From an uncultured Elusimicrobia bacterium (GTDB lineage Bacteria > Elusimicrobiota > Elusimicrobia > UBA1565 > UBA9628): 40,193 nt of DNA. The position numbers and the translations under genes are program-made. Under the pieces are notes generated by a model. The model saw only the letters and a program-made list of their open reading frames with translations. It was not told the origin of the DNA and did no database searches. The stretch covers positions 1 through 40,193 of the forward strand of contig CAYVFO010000006.1 in NCBI GenBank assembly GCA_964450975.1. The letters are read 5' to 3'. This document shows, one piece after another, positions 16,501 through 25,703 of this stretch (within the stretch, counting starts at the first letter, position 1; every line of letters starts with the position of its first letter).

Positions 16501-17190
16501 CTACTTCCAGTTCGAGCAGCGCCGGTACACGGCGTCGTACGGGTCCGGGCGGTCGAGGCGCGCCTGGCCCTCGGCCTCCTCCTTCTCGAAGCGCGCGTAG
16601 ATGGGGTCGACGACGCGCGACAGCGCCCGCTTGAGCTCCTCCGCGACGGACGCGTAGTCCGTCGCGATCATCGGCGACGAGCGCGTGGGCAGGCCCTCGG
16701 CGCGCGACAGCGCGTCCTCGAGGTCGCGCGCGAGCTGCGCCGCGTGGACGCGAGCGTAGCGGCCGTGGCCGCGCTCGTGCGCGAGCACCGCGTCGTGCTC
16801 GCACGTGCCCGGCGGGTACTCGCGGGGCACGTGGATGACGGTCGAGGCGACGCGCACGTCGAGGATGACGTCGTCGAACCACGCCGAGACCGCCGTGTCT
16901 CCGATCGACGTCTTGAAGCTCGTGTGCGTCGCGAGCTCGTGCTTGATGATCGTGATCCCCTGGGTCTTGAGCCCGCGCCGCGCCGCGCCGGGCAGGCCCG
17001 CGATCTCCTTGAGCGCGAGATCGCGGCGGATCTCGAGCGGGGCCGCCGACGCGGAGACGCGGAAGCGGTAGAAGCGTCCCGCGGTCCCGCGCGGCGCGCG
17101 GCGCGCGGCCTCCACCGGCTTATCCTCGACGATCGCCGGCCCGCACGACGCGGCCGCGGCCAGCGCCGCGAGGAGGAGCGCGCGCCTCAC
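16501..17190 (-). CDS. Putative lipoprotein with an HExxH zinc motif (DUF922-like putative protease)
   Basis: GTG 17190 overlaps the upstream stop; MRRALLLAALAAAASC lipobox-like; VLAHERGH. Confidence 0.7.
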   Translation of the reverse strand: MRRALLLAALAAAASCGPAIVEDKPVEAARRAPRGTAGRFYRFRVSASAAPLEIRRDLALKEIAGLPGAARRGLKTQGITIIKHELATHTSFKTSIGDTAVSAWFDDVILDVRVASTVIHVPREYPPGTCEHDAVLAHERGHGRYARVHAAQLARDLEDALSRAEGLPTRSSPMIATDYASVAEELKRALSRVVDPIYARFEKEEAEGQARLDRPDPYDAVYRRCSNWK

Positions 17191-17852
17191 AGCGCCGCCT
17201 CGAGCGTCGACAGCGCGAGCAGCCAGCGCTCCTCGCGGCCCGCGTCGTCGAAATCCTCGTACGTCATCTCGCCCGAGGGGCTCTTCGCGAGCACGGCGCG
17301 GGCGCCCTTCGAGCGCAGCGCGCGCGGCGCGCGCGCCGCGAGCTCCGCGACGAGCGCGCGGAAGTTGAGGTCGGCGCTGATCGCCATCTTGTCGCCGAGC
17401 GCGGCGTAGTCGAAGTCGGCGGCCAGCAGCCGCAGGCGCCTCGCGGGGTCGACGAACACGAGCTCGATGAACTCGGGCCGCTTCCCCCCGCCCTTGCGCA
17501 CGAGCCCGGCGGAGAGCACCGCGAGCTTCGTCCACGACAGCCGGCCGCCGGGCGCGTCGAGGCCGTCGTTGGAGAGCTCCGCCTTCAGCACGGCCTGCGG
17601 CGGCGGCGGCGCGTCGAGCAGGCTCGCGGGGACCGCGATCGCGGCGCTGCCGGCGGCCGTGAGCTTGGCCGCGAGCGCCTCCGCCGTCTCGGCCGGAGTC
17701 GGCTCGAAGAGGATGCCCCAGCCGCGGCGCACGACCGGGAGCCACGTCTCGGCGGAAAGCCCCGCGTGGCCGCCGATCGCCCCGGCGACGGACTTGGGCT
17801 CGAAGCGCGCGGGCTCCCGCAGCAGCACGGCGTGCGGGGGCCGCTCGGTCAC
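17187..17852 (-). CDS. Hypothetical protein (221 aa)
   Basis: Translationally coupled on both sides (GTGA overlaps); typical codon usage. Confidence 0.75.
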   Translation of the reverse strand: MTERPPHAVLLREPARFEPKSVAGAIGGHAGLSAETWLPVVRRGWGILFEPTPAETAEALAAKLTAAGSAAIAVPASLLDAPPPPQAVLKAELSNDGLDAPGGRLSWTKLAVLSAGLVRKGGGKRPEFIELVFVDPARRLRLLAADFDYAALGDKMAISADLNFRALVAELAARAPRALRSKGARAVLAKSPSGEMTYEDFDDAGREERWLLALSTLEAAL

Positions 17853-18553
17853 TTAGGAGGGATCAGCGCGTAGCCGCGTCCGGAGACGGACACGAGCCAC
17901 TGGTCCGACTTCCAGCCGAGCTTCAGGCGCACGCGGCGCACGTGGACCTCGACGGTCTTGAGCGCGCCCTCGGACGGAGCCTCGACGCCCCACACCTCTT
18001 TGTAGACGACGGAGCGGTCGGTCGGGTTCGGCGTCTTCGACGCGAGGTAGTACAGCAGCTCGAACTCCTTCGGCGTGAGGTGCTGGTGCTCCTGCTTGCC
18101 GAGCTTGACGATCTTGCGCGGGTAGTCGAGCGAGAGTCCGCCGACCTCGAGCTTAGCGGGCGGCTCGGCGCGCTCCTCGCCGGCGTTGCGGCGCAGGATC
18201 GCGCGCGCGTACGCGAGCAGGCGCTCGCTCTTCACGGGCTTGGTGAGATAGTCGTCGGCGCCCATGTCGAGGCACGCGATGTCCTGGCCTTCCTTGTCGT
18301 TGCCGGTCAGGATGATGATCGGCACGCGCGCGGTCTTCGCGTCCTGCTTGAGGTGCTGGCACACCTCGAGGCCCTTCATGCCGGGCATGACGAGGTCGAG
18401 GATGACGAGGTCGGGCGGATCGGACTGGACCGCCATGATTCCCGCCTTGCCCGACGGCGCCTGCTTCACTTCATAGCCTTCGAGGCCGAGCACGTCGCTC
18501 ACGGCCTTCCGGAACGAGGCGTCGTCTTCGATGAGAAGGACCTTCGGTGCCAT
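17849..18553 (-). CDS. OmpR/PhoB-family response regulator
   Basis: Receiver (IEDD, DLVILD, GADDYLTKP) plus winged helix (LTPKEFELL, TVEVHVRRVRLKL, GRGY). Confidence 0.93.
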   Translation of the reverse strand: MAPKVLLIEDDASFRKAVSDVLGLEGYEVKQAPSGKAGIMAVQSDPPDLVILDLVMPGMKGLEVCQHLKQDAKTARVPIIILTGNDKEGQDIACLDMGADDYLTKPVKSERLLAYARAILRRNAGEERAEPPAKLEVGGLSLDYPRKIVKLGKQEHQHLTPKEFELLYYLASKTPNPTDRSVVYKEVWGVEAPSEGALKTVEVHVRRVRLKLGWKSDQWLVSVSGRGYALIPPK

Positions 18554-18577
18554 GCCAGGATTTTATATAAAAGCCTC
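18554..18577. promoter_or_regulatory. 24-bp bidirectional leaderless promoter
   Basis: Minus-strand TAAAAT (18565-18560) and plus-strand TATAAA (18566-18571) abut, each 6 nt from its ATG. Confidence 0.6.
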
Positions 18578-19372
18578 ATGGAGGCCAAGCACTTCGCGCT
18601 CGCCGCGGCTTGTCTCGCCGCGGGAGCGGCCGCCGGCTACGCCCTCGGGCGCCGCCGCCGCCGCCGCGTGGAGGCGACGCTCGCGGACGAGGACCAGCTC
18701 GCCTGGCTTCAGCGCCTCTCGACGATCGGCCAGATGATGTCGAGCGTCGTGCACGAGGTGCGCACCCCCCTCGCGACCGTGGGGCTCACGCTCGAGCTCG
18801 CGCAGCGCACCGTCGAGAAGGGCGGCGACCCGCGCCCGCATCTCGCCACCGCCGGAAAGGAGGCCGACCGCGCGGTCGAGATCCTCTCCGACATCCTCGA
18901 CTTCGCCAAGCCGACTCCTCTCGACCTCAAGCCCATCGCGCTCGAGAGCCTGATCAAGTCCGCGCTCGACCCGATCTGGATCCGCTTCGACGAGAGATCG
19001 GTCGACGTCTGGGTCGAGGTCCCCGCCGACATCCAGGTGCTCGCGAGCCAGCGCCACTTCCATCAGGTCGTGACGATCCTCCTCATGAACGCGCTCGACG
19101 CGCTGCCGTTCGGCGGCCGCCTCGAGATCGCCGCGAAGCGCAAGAAGGGCCTCGTGATCGTCGAAGTGCGCGACAACGGCGTCGGCCTCGAGCCCGCCGC
19201 GCTCAAGCGCCTGTTCCAGCCGTTCGCGACGGGCAAGGGCGAGCAGGGCGGCACGGGCCTCGGCCTCAACGTCGCCCGGTGGATCATGCACAAGCACGGC
19301 GGCGACGTCGCGATCACCTCCGGCGGCATCGGCAAGGGCGTGACCGTCACGCTGACGCTCAAGCCGGCCTAG
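18578..19372 (+). CDS. Membrane-anchored histidine kinase with no evident sensor domain (264 aa)
   Basis: One N-terminal hydrophobic segment + RRRRR; H-box VVHEVRTPL, N-box NALDA, DNGVG, FQPF, GTGLGL. Confidence 0.9.
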   Translation: MEAKHFALAAACLAAGAAAGYALGRRRRRRVEATLADEDQLAWLQRLSTIGQMMSSVVHEVRTPLATVGLTLELAQRTVEKGGDPRPHLATAGKEADRAVEILSDILDFAKPTPLDLKPIALESLIKSALDPIWIRFDERSVDVWVEVPADIQVLASQRHFHQVVTILLMNALDALPFGGRLEIAAKRKKGLVIVEVRDNGVGLEPAALKRLFQPFATGKGEQGGTGLGLNVARWIMHKHGGDVAITSGGIGKGVTVTLTLKPA

Positions 19373-19373
19373 C

Positions 19374-19916
19374 CTACCAGTCGCGCTTGTCGCAGGGGTC
19401 GGGCAGGTCCGCGCCCACGTTCTGGTAGGTCGGCGCGCTCGAGATCTCCACGATGTAGGCGAGCGTCGCATCGTCCGCGCTCATCGCCTTGAGCGCGTCG
19501 TACTGGACCTTGAGGCACTTCTTCTCCGCCTCGGCGCCCGTCCAGACGAGCGCGTCGGGCTCCGCGCCGCCGAGACGCGCCTTCTCCTCGAAGTAGAGCC
19601 TGGAGTGGTGGGCGTCATGCGCGATCGTGCCCGCGTACCAGAGCGCGCCCGCGCTCCACGTCGGCTTGCCGACCTCGTACGCCGGCTTCTCGCCGTAGAC
19701 GTTCATGCCGCTGCACTTGTGCTCCCGGATCTCGGCGACGTATTTGAGCACCGCGGCGTACTGCGCCGTCGGCCGGAGCTTGATCAGCGCCTCGCGCGTG
19801 GCGGCGACGAACTCGGGCGAGCCCACGGCCGGCACGAGCGGCGGCCGCGCGCGAAGCACGCCGTGCCAGCCGAGCGCCAGGACGAGGAACGCGGGCAGCG
19901 CGCGGAGAAATGTCAC
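19374..19916 (-). CDS. Exported/membrane-anchored hypothetical protein with HDAHH motif (paralog of 20515-21045)
   Basis: GTG 19916 overlaps the upstream stop; WYAGTIAHDAHH...WTGAEAEKKC. Confidence 0.75.
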   Translation of the reverse strand: MTFLRALPAFLVLALGWHGVLRARPPLVPAVGSPEFVAATREALIKLRPTAQYAAVLKYVAEIREHKCSGMNVYGEKPAYEVGKPTWSAGALWYAGTIAHDAHHSRLYFEEKARLGGAEPDALVWTGAEAEKKCLKVQYDALKAMSADDATLAYIVEISSAPTYQNVGADLPDPCDKRDW

Positions 19917-20518
19917 GCGCCGGCCTCCTTGAGCGCCCTCTTCGCCTCGCGCGCGACGAGCGCCACCGCCGCGACCGTCGCGAGGAAGCCGAGCCCGTAC
20001 AGCGTCCACTCGGCGGGCGTGCGCGCGCGCGTCTCGGCGCGGATCGCGTCCCCCGCGAGCGAGCCGAAGTAGACGATCGCGAGCGTCCCGGGGATCATGC
20101 CCGCGATCGAAGCGAGCGCGTAATCGCGGAACGTCACGCGCGTGAGGCCGTACGCGTAATTGATGAGCCCGAACGGGAACGCGGGCGAGAGGCGCGTGAG
20201 CAGCACGACGCGCCAGCCCTGCTTCGCCACGGCGCGGCGGATCGCGGCGAACTTGGGCCAGTGCTCGACGCGCTCCTCGACGCGGTGCCGGAGCAGGTGG
20301 CGGCCGAGGACGAAGGAGCCGCAGCACCCGAGCGAGGCGCCCGCCCAGACGAGCAGGAAGCCGAGCTTCACGCCGAACGCCGCGCCCGCGCCCAGCGAGA
20401 GGACCGAGATCGGCAGCAGCGCGACCGTCGAGACCGCGTAGAGCGCGACGAACGCCGCGTAGCCGAGCGGCCCGAGGGCCGCGGTTCGGGCCAGAGCCTC
20501 GCGCAGGAACTCGGTCAC
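19913..20518 (-). CDS. TVP38/TMEM64 (DedA/VTT-domain) membrane protein
   Basis: LSLGAGAAFG, LLTRLSPAFPFGLINYAYGLT, GMIPGT motifs. Confidence 0.9.
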   Translation of the reverse strand: MTEFLREALARTAALGPLGYAAFVALYAVSTVALLPISVLSLGAGAAFGVKLGFLLVWAGASLGCCGSFVLGRHLLRHRVEERVEHWPKFAAIRRAVAKQGWRVVLLTRLSPAFPFGLINYAYGLTRVTFRDYALASIAGMIPGTLAIVYFGSLAGDAIRAETRARTPAEWTLYGLGFLATVAAVALVAREAKRALKEAGA

Positions 20519-21045
20519 CAGTCCCTCACCTCGTGATTTTGGTAGGTCGGCGCGCTGGACAAGGAGACTATATAGTCCAGGTGCTCCCGGCGCACGCCCA
20601 TCTCATCGAGCGCCTCGTACTGGACTTTGAGGCATTTCTTCTCGGCCTCCGCTCCGGTCCAAACGGCGGCGTCCGGCTCGGAGCCGCCCAAACGCGCCTT
20701 CTCCTCGAAATAAAGCTTCGCGTGGTGCGCGTCGTGAGCGATCGCGCCGGCGTACCAATACGAGCTGGAGTTCCACGTCGGCCAGCCGACCAGAAACGTC
20801 GGCCGCTCCGCGTGAACGCGCATGCCGCTGTAATGATGCTCGCGAATTTCGGCGATATAGCGCGCGACCGCGGGGTAGGACCGCGTCGGCCGCAGGCGCA
20901 GGAGCGCCGTGCGAGTGGCCGCCTTGAAGTCTTCGCTTCCGACGGCGGGAACGAGCGGGCGGCCCGCCATTCGCACGCCGTGCCAGGCGAGAGCGGCGAC
21001 GAGACCGGCCGGCAGCAGGCCGCGAAACCTCATGAAATCCGTCAC
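20515..21045 (-). CDS. Exported/membrane-anchored hypothetical protein with HDAHH motif (paralog of 19374-19916)
   Basis: WYAGAIAHDAHH...WTGAEAEKKCLKVQY; TAGCAT -10 lies 6 nt before the GTG. Confidence 0.75.
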   Translation of the reverse strand: MTDFMRFRGLLPAGLVAALAWHGVRMAGRPLVPAVGSEDFKAATRTALLRLRPTRSYPAVARYIAEIREHHYSGMRVHAERPTFLVGWPTWNSSSYWYAGAIAHDAHHAKLYFEEKARLGGSEPDAAVWTGAEAEKKCLKVQYEALDEMGVRREHLDYIVSLSSAPTYQNHEVRDW

Positions 21046-21101
21046 GGGGACATGCTACCCGATAATGCTAGAATCGGCCACTAGGAAATAACGGAGGCTG
21101 G

Positions 21102-21515
21102 ATGGCTTTTTACCGCAAGAAGAAGCGCAAGGTCGGACCGAGCAAGAACGATGAGAAGGTCCGCCGCGCGCAGACCGCCGAGGACAACGAGCGCGCCGCC
21201 GGCACGCTCTCCACGCGCTACCCCACCGTGCGCGCCCTCAAGGTCAAGGTCTCGATCTCCACGCCGCAGGGCGTCGTGCTCGAGGAGTCCGAGGAGAACT
21301 ACGGCCCGCAGGACGCGTTCGTCCTCGAGGCCGACTGCCCCGGCTCTTGCGGCTCCGGCCACTACGATTTCGCGATCCTGATCACGCAGGCCCTCGACGC
21401 CGCGCAGACGCGCGGCTCGAACCAGATCATCTGCCAGGAGGCGTCCTACAGCGGCGCCGCCGGCGCGACCTGCGGCTGCGTCGCGAAGTGCGAGTTCACG
21501 GCCGAGGCCAAATAG
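21102..21515 (+). CDS. Hypothetical Cys-rich protein, possibly metal-binding (137 aa)
   Basis: GGAGG SD and TGcTAGAAT promoter upstream; basic N-terminus; CPGSC, C, CGC, C. Confidence 0.8.
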   Translation: MAFYRKKKRKVGPSKNDEKVRRAQTAEDNERAAGTLSTRYPTVRALKVKVSISTPQGVVLEESEENYGPQDAFVLEADCPGSCGSGHYDFAILITQALDAAQTRGSNQIICQEASYSGAAGATCGCVAKCEFTAEAK

Positions 21516-21793
21516 CCCGCGCCCTCGCGCTGTCCTTCGTCCTGCTCCTCGGCGGCTGCGCGGCCTCCGAGCCCAAGTTCCTCGACGACCGAATGGAGTC
21601 CACGACGGCGCCCCGCGCCGCGGACACCGGCTCGTGCCGTCCGTGGTTCAAGGACTCGATCTTCTCGGACAAGACGCCGCCGAAGCACTCCTGCTGGAAC
21701 CTGATGTGGGAGGTGCCGGCCGCTCTCGTCGCGGTGCCCGTCTTCCTCGGCGCCGTCACGGCCCCGATCTGGGTGCCGATCCTGCTGCTCTAG
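21488..21793 (+). CDS. Small putative lipoprotein with C-terminal hydrophobic segment
   Basis: (M)RVHGRGQIARALALSFVLLLGGC lipobox; start codon uncertain (GTG 21488 chosen). Confidence 0.65.
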   Translation: MRVHGRGQIARALALSFVLLLGGCAASEPKFLDDRMESTTAPRAADTGSCRPWFKDSIFSDKTPPKHSCWNLMWEVPAALVAVPVFLGAVTAPIWVPILLL

Positions 21794-22098
21794 CCCTTCG
21801 CGCCCCAGCCCGCGCACTCGCGCACCGGCAAGCGCGGATACTTCGCGTAGGACGCCTCGGCTTCCGCGCGCCCGCACAGGAAGATCGCGCTCCCCGTCTT
21901 GGTCTTGAGCGTCTTGGCGTGCGCGCAGTCGAGACACTTGCCCACCATCGACGCGATCTCGGCCTTGAGGCACGAGGGACACAGGCAGCCCTCGTCGGTC
22001 ACCGGCATGACGGGCGGCAGCTCCGCGCACCAGCAATGTCCCTTGCCTTCGACGTTGCCGCAGCCGAACTCCGCCTTGCACCGGACGCACGTTTCCAT
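21790..22098 (-). CDS. Cysteine-rich CWC-family protein with a second Cys-rich module (102 aa)
   Basis: C..C...F.C, CWC, CLC..CL, then C..C...C...YPRLPV..C.G; ATG overlaps the upstream stop. Confidence 0.8.
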   Translation of the reverse strand: METCVRCKAEFGCGNVEGKGHCWCAELPPVMPVTDEGCLCPSCLKAEIASMVGKCLDCAHAKTLKTKTGSAIFLCGRAEAEASYAKYPRLPVRECAGWGAKG

Positions 22099-25000
22099 CA
22101 GCGGCGCTTCTCGTAGCGCGCCAGCGGGCGCGCGCGGTCTCCGCGGAAGCCGGGCGTCTGCTCGCGATCGTGCGCTCCCGCTTCGCGCGAGACGCGCGCG
22201 CCGAGGAAGTCGGCGAGCTCGCCGGCGGTGAGCGTTCCGTCCTTGTCCGCGTCGGCCTCGCCGTCGAGACCGCGCAGCGCGTACCACGTGAAGAGGCCGT
22301 GGCGCTTCGCGGGGAACGCCGAGCTCACCTGCGAGCCCGACGCCGCCGAGAACAACGAGACCTTGCCCGGAGGAACGACCGGCTCGACCTTCAGCGACAA
22401 AGGGCGGGCGTCGGCGATCAGCGGGCGGCTCTCGCGGTCGGCGCCCGAGAAGCACGCGTCGAGCCAGACCGTGACCGACTTCGCCTTCGAGCCGTCGAGA
22501 GACTTGAGCATGTCGTCGATCGGGAAGCCGGTCTCGACGGCGTAGTTCGGATCGCCATCCTGCGGGACGAGGTACGCGCCTTTGCCGTCGAGCGACGGCG
22601 CTCCGTGCCCCGCGTAGAACACGAAGACCTCGGACTGAGGGCCCACGCGCCGCGCGAGCCAGCCGCTCGGCGAGAACGCCTTGCGCAGCTCGGCGAGCGT
22701 CACGCCCTCGTCGAGGTAGAACATGTGGTTCGCGTCGTCGGGAACGCCGAGCACGCCTGCCGCGAACGCGCGGAAGGCGGCCGCGTCGCGGCGAGCGTGC
22801 GAGACGCGCGGCGCCTTAGGATAGTCCTCGACGCCGAGAATCACGGCGTAGGCCTCCGGACGCGCCGCCCCCCGGGCGGCCGGCGTCTCGATCGCCTCGG
22901 AGGAGCCGGCTTTCGGGAGGTCCTTGCCCTTGACGACGAGCTCGCGCGCGGAGCCGAGCGGCCTCGACAGCGGCACCTCGACGGGCGCGTCCCAGGAGTC
23001 GACGCCGTCGCCGAGCGCCGCGCGCAGCCGCAGCGTCCCCGCCGCGGACGTGTTCGAGAAGACGGTGAAGCGCGCCGTCGCGGAGGCGCCCGCGGCGAGC
23101 GCGCCGAGCGTCCGCCGCGCCTCGCCCTGCACGAACGCGTCCGCGTTCGCGCCGGCGAGAGTAATCGCCGCGGCGCCCGCCGCTCCCTCGCCGTCGTTGC
23201 GCACGACGACCGCGATCTCCGCGAGCTCGCCGGGCGAAACCACGCCGTCGCCGCCCGAATCGGATACTTTGATCGACGCGACCGACAGCTTCGCCCCCCG
23301 CCGCGCGCGCGTCTCGAAGACCATCTTGATGCCGCCCGAGGCGAAGCCGTTGGCGTCCTCGGCGGAAACGGTCAGAGATCGCGAGCCGTCGGCCGCGCCG
23401 GCGAGAGCTTTGACCGGGATCGTCACGGTCTTCGACGCTCCCGGGGCGATCTCGCCCGCGAAGTGGCGCGCGGCATAGCTCAAGCCGTCCGCCGCCGCCG
23501 GCGCCACGGCGACCGAGGCGCCGTAAGACGCGCCGGCGCCGGAGTTGGAGATCACCACCGAGATCTTCGCTGTCTCTCCCGCGCCGAGGCGCGCGTCGCC
23601 GTCGGCGTCCGCGAACTCCGCCTTCACGTCGAGCTTCGCCGGCGCGGCGGGCGCGGTGCGGGACCGCTTCACCGTTCCGGCCCCCGACGACCAAGTGAAG
23701 AGCTGCCCGAGTTCCTTGTCCGACACCGACAGGCGCAGGTCCTCGCGGACGGGCTTGCCGTCCTCGAGGCGGTGCCGGTAGCTCGCCTCGGCGCTCATGC
23801 GGCGGGACTTCGCCGCCTGGGCGTCCTTGCGCGCGATCGCGAGCTTCACCGCCCGCGTGGAGCCGTCGATGTCGACGACCGCGTCGAACTCCTCGGCGTC
23901 GGCGTCGTAGCTGCCGACCGTGATCGCGACGGGCTCGTTGATCTCCTCGTCGAGCGCCGCCTGCAGCGCCTCGCGCACTTTGCCGGCCTCGTCGCGGTCC
24001 TTCGCGTCGTAGACCGCGCCGATGCGCGCGGCTTCGGCCGCCGCTTCCCCGCGCTCGAGCGCGTCCTGCTCGTCGGCCGCCTTCATCCGCTGCGCGTACT
24101 CGGCGGCGGACTCGAACTCGCCCTTCGGCGTGCGGCGGGCCTTGGCCTTGCCGGCGTAAATCTCCGCGCTGCTCTGCAGCTCGGTCCTGCGGCGGTTCGC
24201 GAGCCGCTCCTCGATCTCCTTCTTGCGCCCGGAGAGCGCGGCGATCGCCGCGCGCTGCAGCTTCCCGCGGCGCAGGCGCCACGCGCGTCCCCCGTAGCCC
24301 GCGAGCCAACGGCCGTCGGCCGTGAAGACCGGATCGAAAAAATAATCAGGGAAATGGAGGACGATGATCGCGTCGTACCGGAGATCGGTGAGATACCAGG
24401 ACCGCGAGTCGGTTCCGCTGGTCAGGAAGTACCGTTCATCCGGGCTGAAGAGCGCGAGGTAAGTGCTGAACTCGGGGAGACCGGCGACCCTGCGCCCGCT
24501 CGGGATCTCGTATACGGCGGAGAGGTACTTCGATCTCTCGTAGGATTTCAACGCGACGAGCTTCGACGAAGGCGAGAACAGCTGCTCATAGCTGGAGCGC
24601 ACGCCGAGGTCGGCGACGGTCGTTCCGGCCGTCAGATCTTTGATCGCCGCGCCGCCGCCCGCGTCGACGAGCATATAGCGATCGTCCGGCGTCGTTTGAC
24701 CGCCGTCGAACAGCGACTGGGGAACGGGCGTCAACTCGGGCATCGAGTAGGATTTCTTCCCGGCGGCGAGCCATTTCCCGCCGCCCGAGAATTTGACGCG
24801 GCAATACGTTCGGTCGCAGGCGCCGACCGTCTTCGACTTGCCGGTCTGAAGGTCGACGAGGACGATGTCGAGCGAGTTGTCGCCGTAAGCGAACCAGCGG
24901 CCGTCCGGAGTGTCGGACCACTCGGACGAGTTGCGGAGACGCCCCCTGTGGATCATGCGGCCGTCGGAGCCGTAGAGCTCGAAACGGCCGTCGCTCAAAT

Positions 25001-25658
25001 CGACGCGGCGATAATTCGGCGCGGGCCGGTAATTCCGGTCCAGCCCGGGCTCGACCGCCTGCGGAGGCGCCGTGCATACCGCGCCGAAGTAGCCGTCGCA
25101 GACCACTCCGAATTCGAGATCGTAGGTGGCCGGGTAGCCGCCCTTCTCCAGCGACTGGAAGAAAATCATGCGGGCGTCGGTCTCGAAGGGATATTTCCAC
25201 TTTCCGAGCGTCCGCTTCCGGTTTCCTTCGAACTCGAAGGCGACCACGTAGTCCCCCTCGACGGCGACGACGCGCTTGCACGAGCGGTCGCCCTTCCACG
25301 CCGCCGTCTTCGGCGACGGCGTGAAGCGCACGCGGCCGGCTTCGTCGAGCACCTCGAGCTTGTTGTCGACGACCCGGATTCTCGGGCAGGACTCCGCCTT
25401 GGCGGGCTCGATCATGACGGCCGTACCGCGCTCCAAGTCGACGATCCATCGGCCCCGGGTGCCGTAGTCGTTCTCCGAATAGGTCTCGATGCGGATCTTG
25501 CGGTTGCGCGTGCCGTCGAACACGACGCGCGCGCCGTCGAGCGGCCGCGTCTCGCTGACCGCCCCTCGGAAATCGTAGTCCCACTGGGGCTCGACGATGG
25601 ACTGCGCCGGCGCGGCGGCGGCGAGAAGCGAGACGAGGGCGAGTGTTCGGAGGGCCAT
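22098..25658 (-). CDS. Secreted caspase-family (peptidase C14) protein with beta-propeller, coiled-coil and Ig-like domains
   Basis: Signal peptide; repeated FSPD/TPDGRW blades; two Ig/CARDB-like units (D.DGD...GE...I.V.V.N.G.G); catalytic FYAGHG and LDACFSG. Confidence 0.88.
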   Translation of the reverse strand: MALRTLALVSLLAAAAPAQSIVEPQWDYDFRGAVSETRPLDGARVVFDGTRNRKIRIETYSENDYGTRGRWIVDLERGTAVMIEPAKAESCPRIRVVDNKLEVLDEAGRVRFTPSPKTAAWKGDRSCKRVVAVEGDYVVAFEFEGNRKRTLGKWKYPFETDARMIFFQSLEKGGYPATYDLEFGVVCDGYFGAVCTAPPQAVEPGLDRNYRPAPNYRRVDLSDGRFELYGSDGRMIHRGRLRNSSEWSDTPDGRWFAYGDNSLDIVLVDLQTGKSKTVGACDRTYCRVKFSGGGKWLAAGKKSYSMPELTPVPQSLFDGGQTTPDDRYMLVDAGGGAAIKDLTAGTTVADLGVRSSYEQLFSPSSKLVALKSYERSKYLSAVYEIPSGRRVAGLPEFSTYLALFSPDERYFLTSGTDSRSWYLTDLRYDAIIVLHFPDYFFDPVFTADGRWLAGYGGRAWRLRRGKLQRAAIAALSGRKKEIEERLANRRRTELQSSAEIYAGKAKARRTPKGEFESAAEYAQRMKAADEQDALERGEAAAEAARIGAVYDAKDRDEAGKVREALQAALDEEINEPVAITVGSYDADAEEFDAVVDIDGSTRAVKLAIARKDAQAAKSRRMSAEASYRHRLEDGKPVREDLRLSVSDKELGQLFTWSSGAGTVKRSRTAPAAPAKLDVKAEFADADGDARLGAGETAKISVVISNSGAGASYGASVAVAPAAADGLSYAARHFAGEIAPGASKTVTIPVKALAGAADGSRSLTVSAEDANGFASGGIKMVFETRARRGAKLSVASIKVSDSGGDGVVSPGELAEIAVVVRNDGEGAAGAAAITLAGANADAFVQGEARRTLGALAAGASATARFTVFSNTSAAGTLRLRAALGDGVDSWDAPVEVPLSRPLGSARELVVKGKDLPKAGSSEAIETPAARGAARPEAYAVILGVEDYPKAPRVSHARRDAAAFRAFAAGVLGVPDDANHMFYLDEGVTLAELRKAFSPSGWLARRVGPQSEVFVFYAGHGAPSLDGKGAYLVPQDGDPNYAVETGFPIDDMLKSLDGSKAKSVTVWLDACFSGADRESRPLIADARPLSLKVEPVVPPGKVSLFSAASGSQVSSAFPAKRHGLFTWYALRGLDGEADADKDGTLTAGELADFLGARVSREAGAHDREQTPGFRGDRARPLARYEKRR

Positions 25659-25690
25659 ATTCCGATGTTACCACAGCGCGGGCCGGGATG

Positions 25691-25699
25691 TGCTATACT
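25691..25699 (+). promoter_or_regulatory. Extended -10 promoter of the tRNA
   Basis: TGcTATACT directly upstream of the tRNA 5' end. Confidence 0.6.
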
Positions 25700-25703
25700 G
25701 AAG

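Noticed and set aside
21512-21515. Non-canonical ATA start overlapping the upstream TAG
   Set aside because: An in-frame GTG at 21488 gives a normal lipoprotein signal peptide, so no unusual start is needed.
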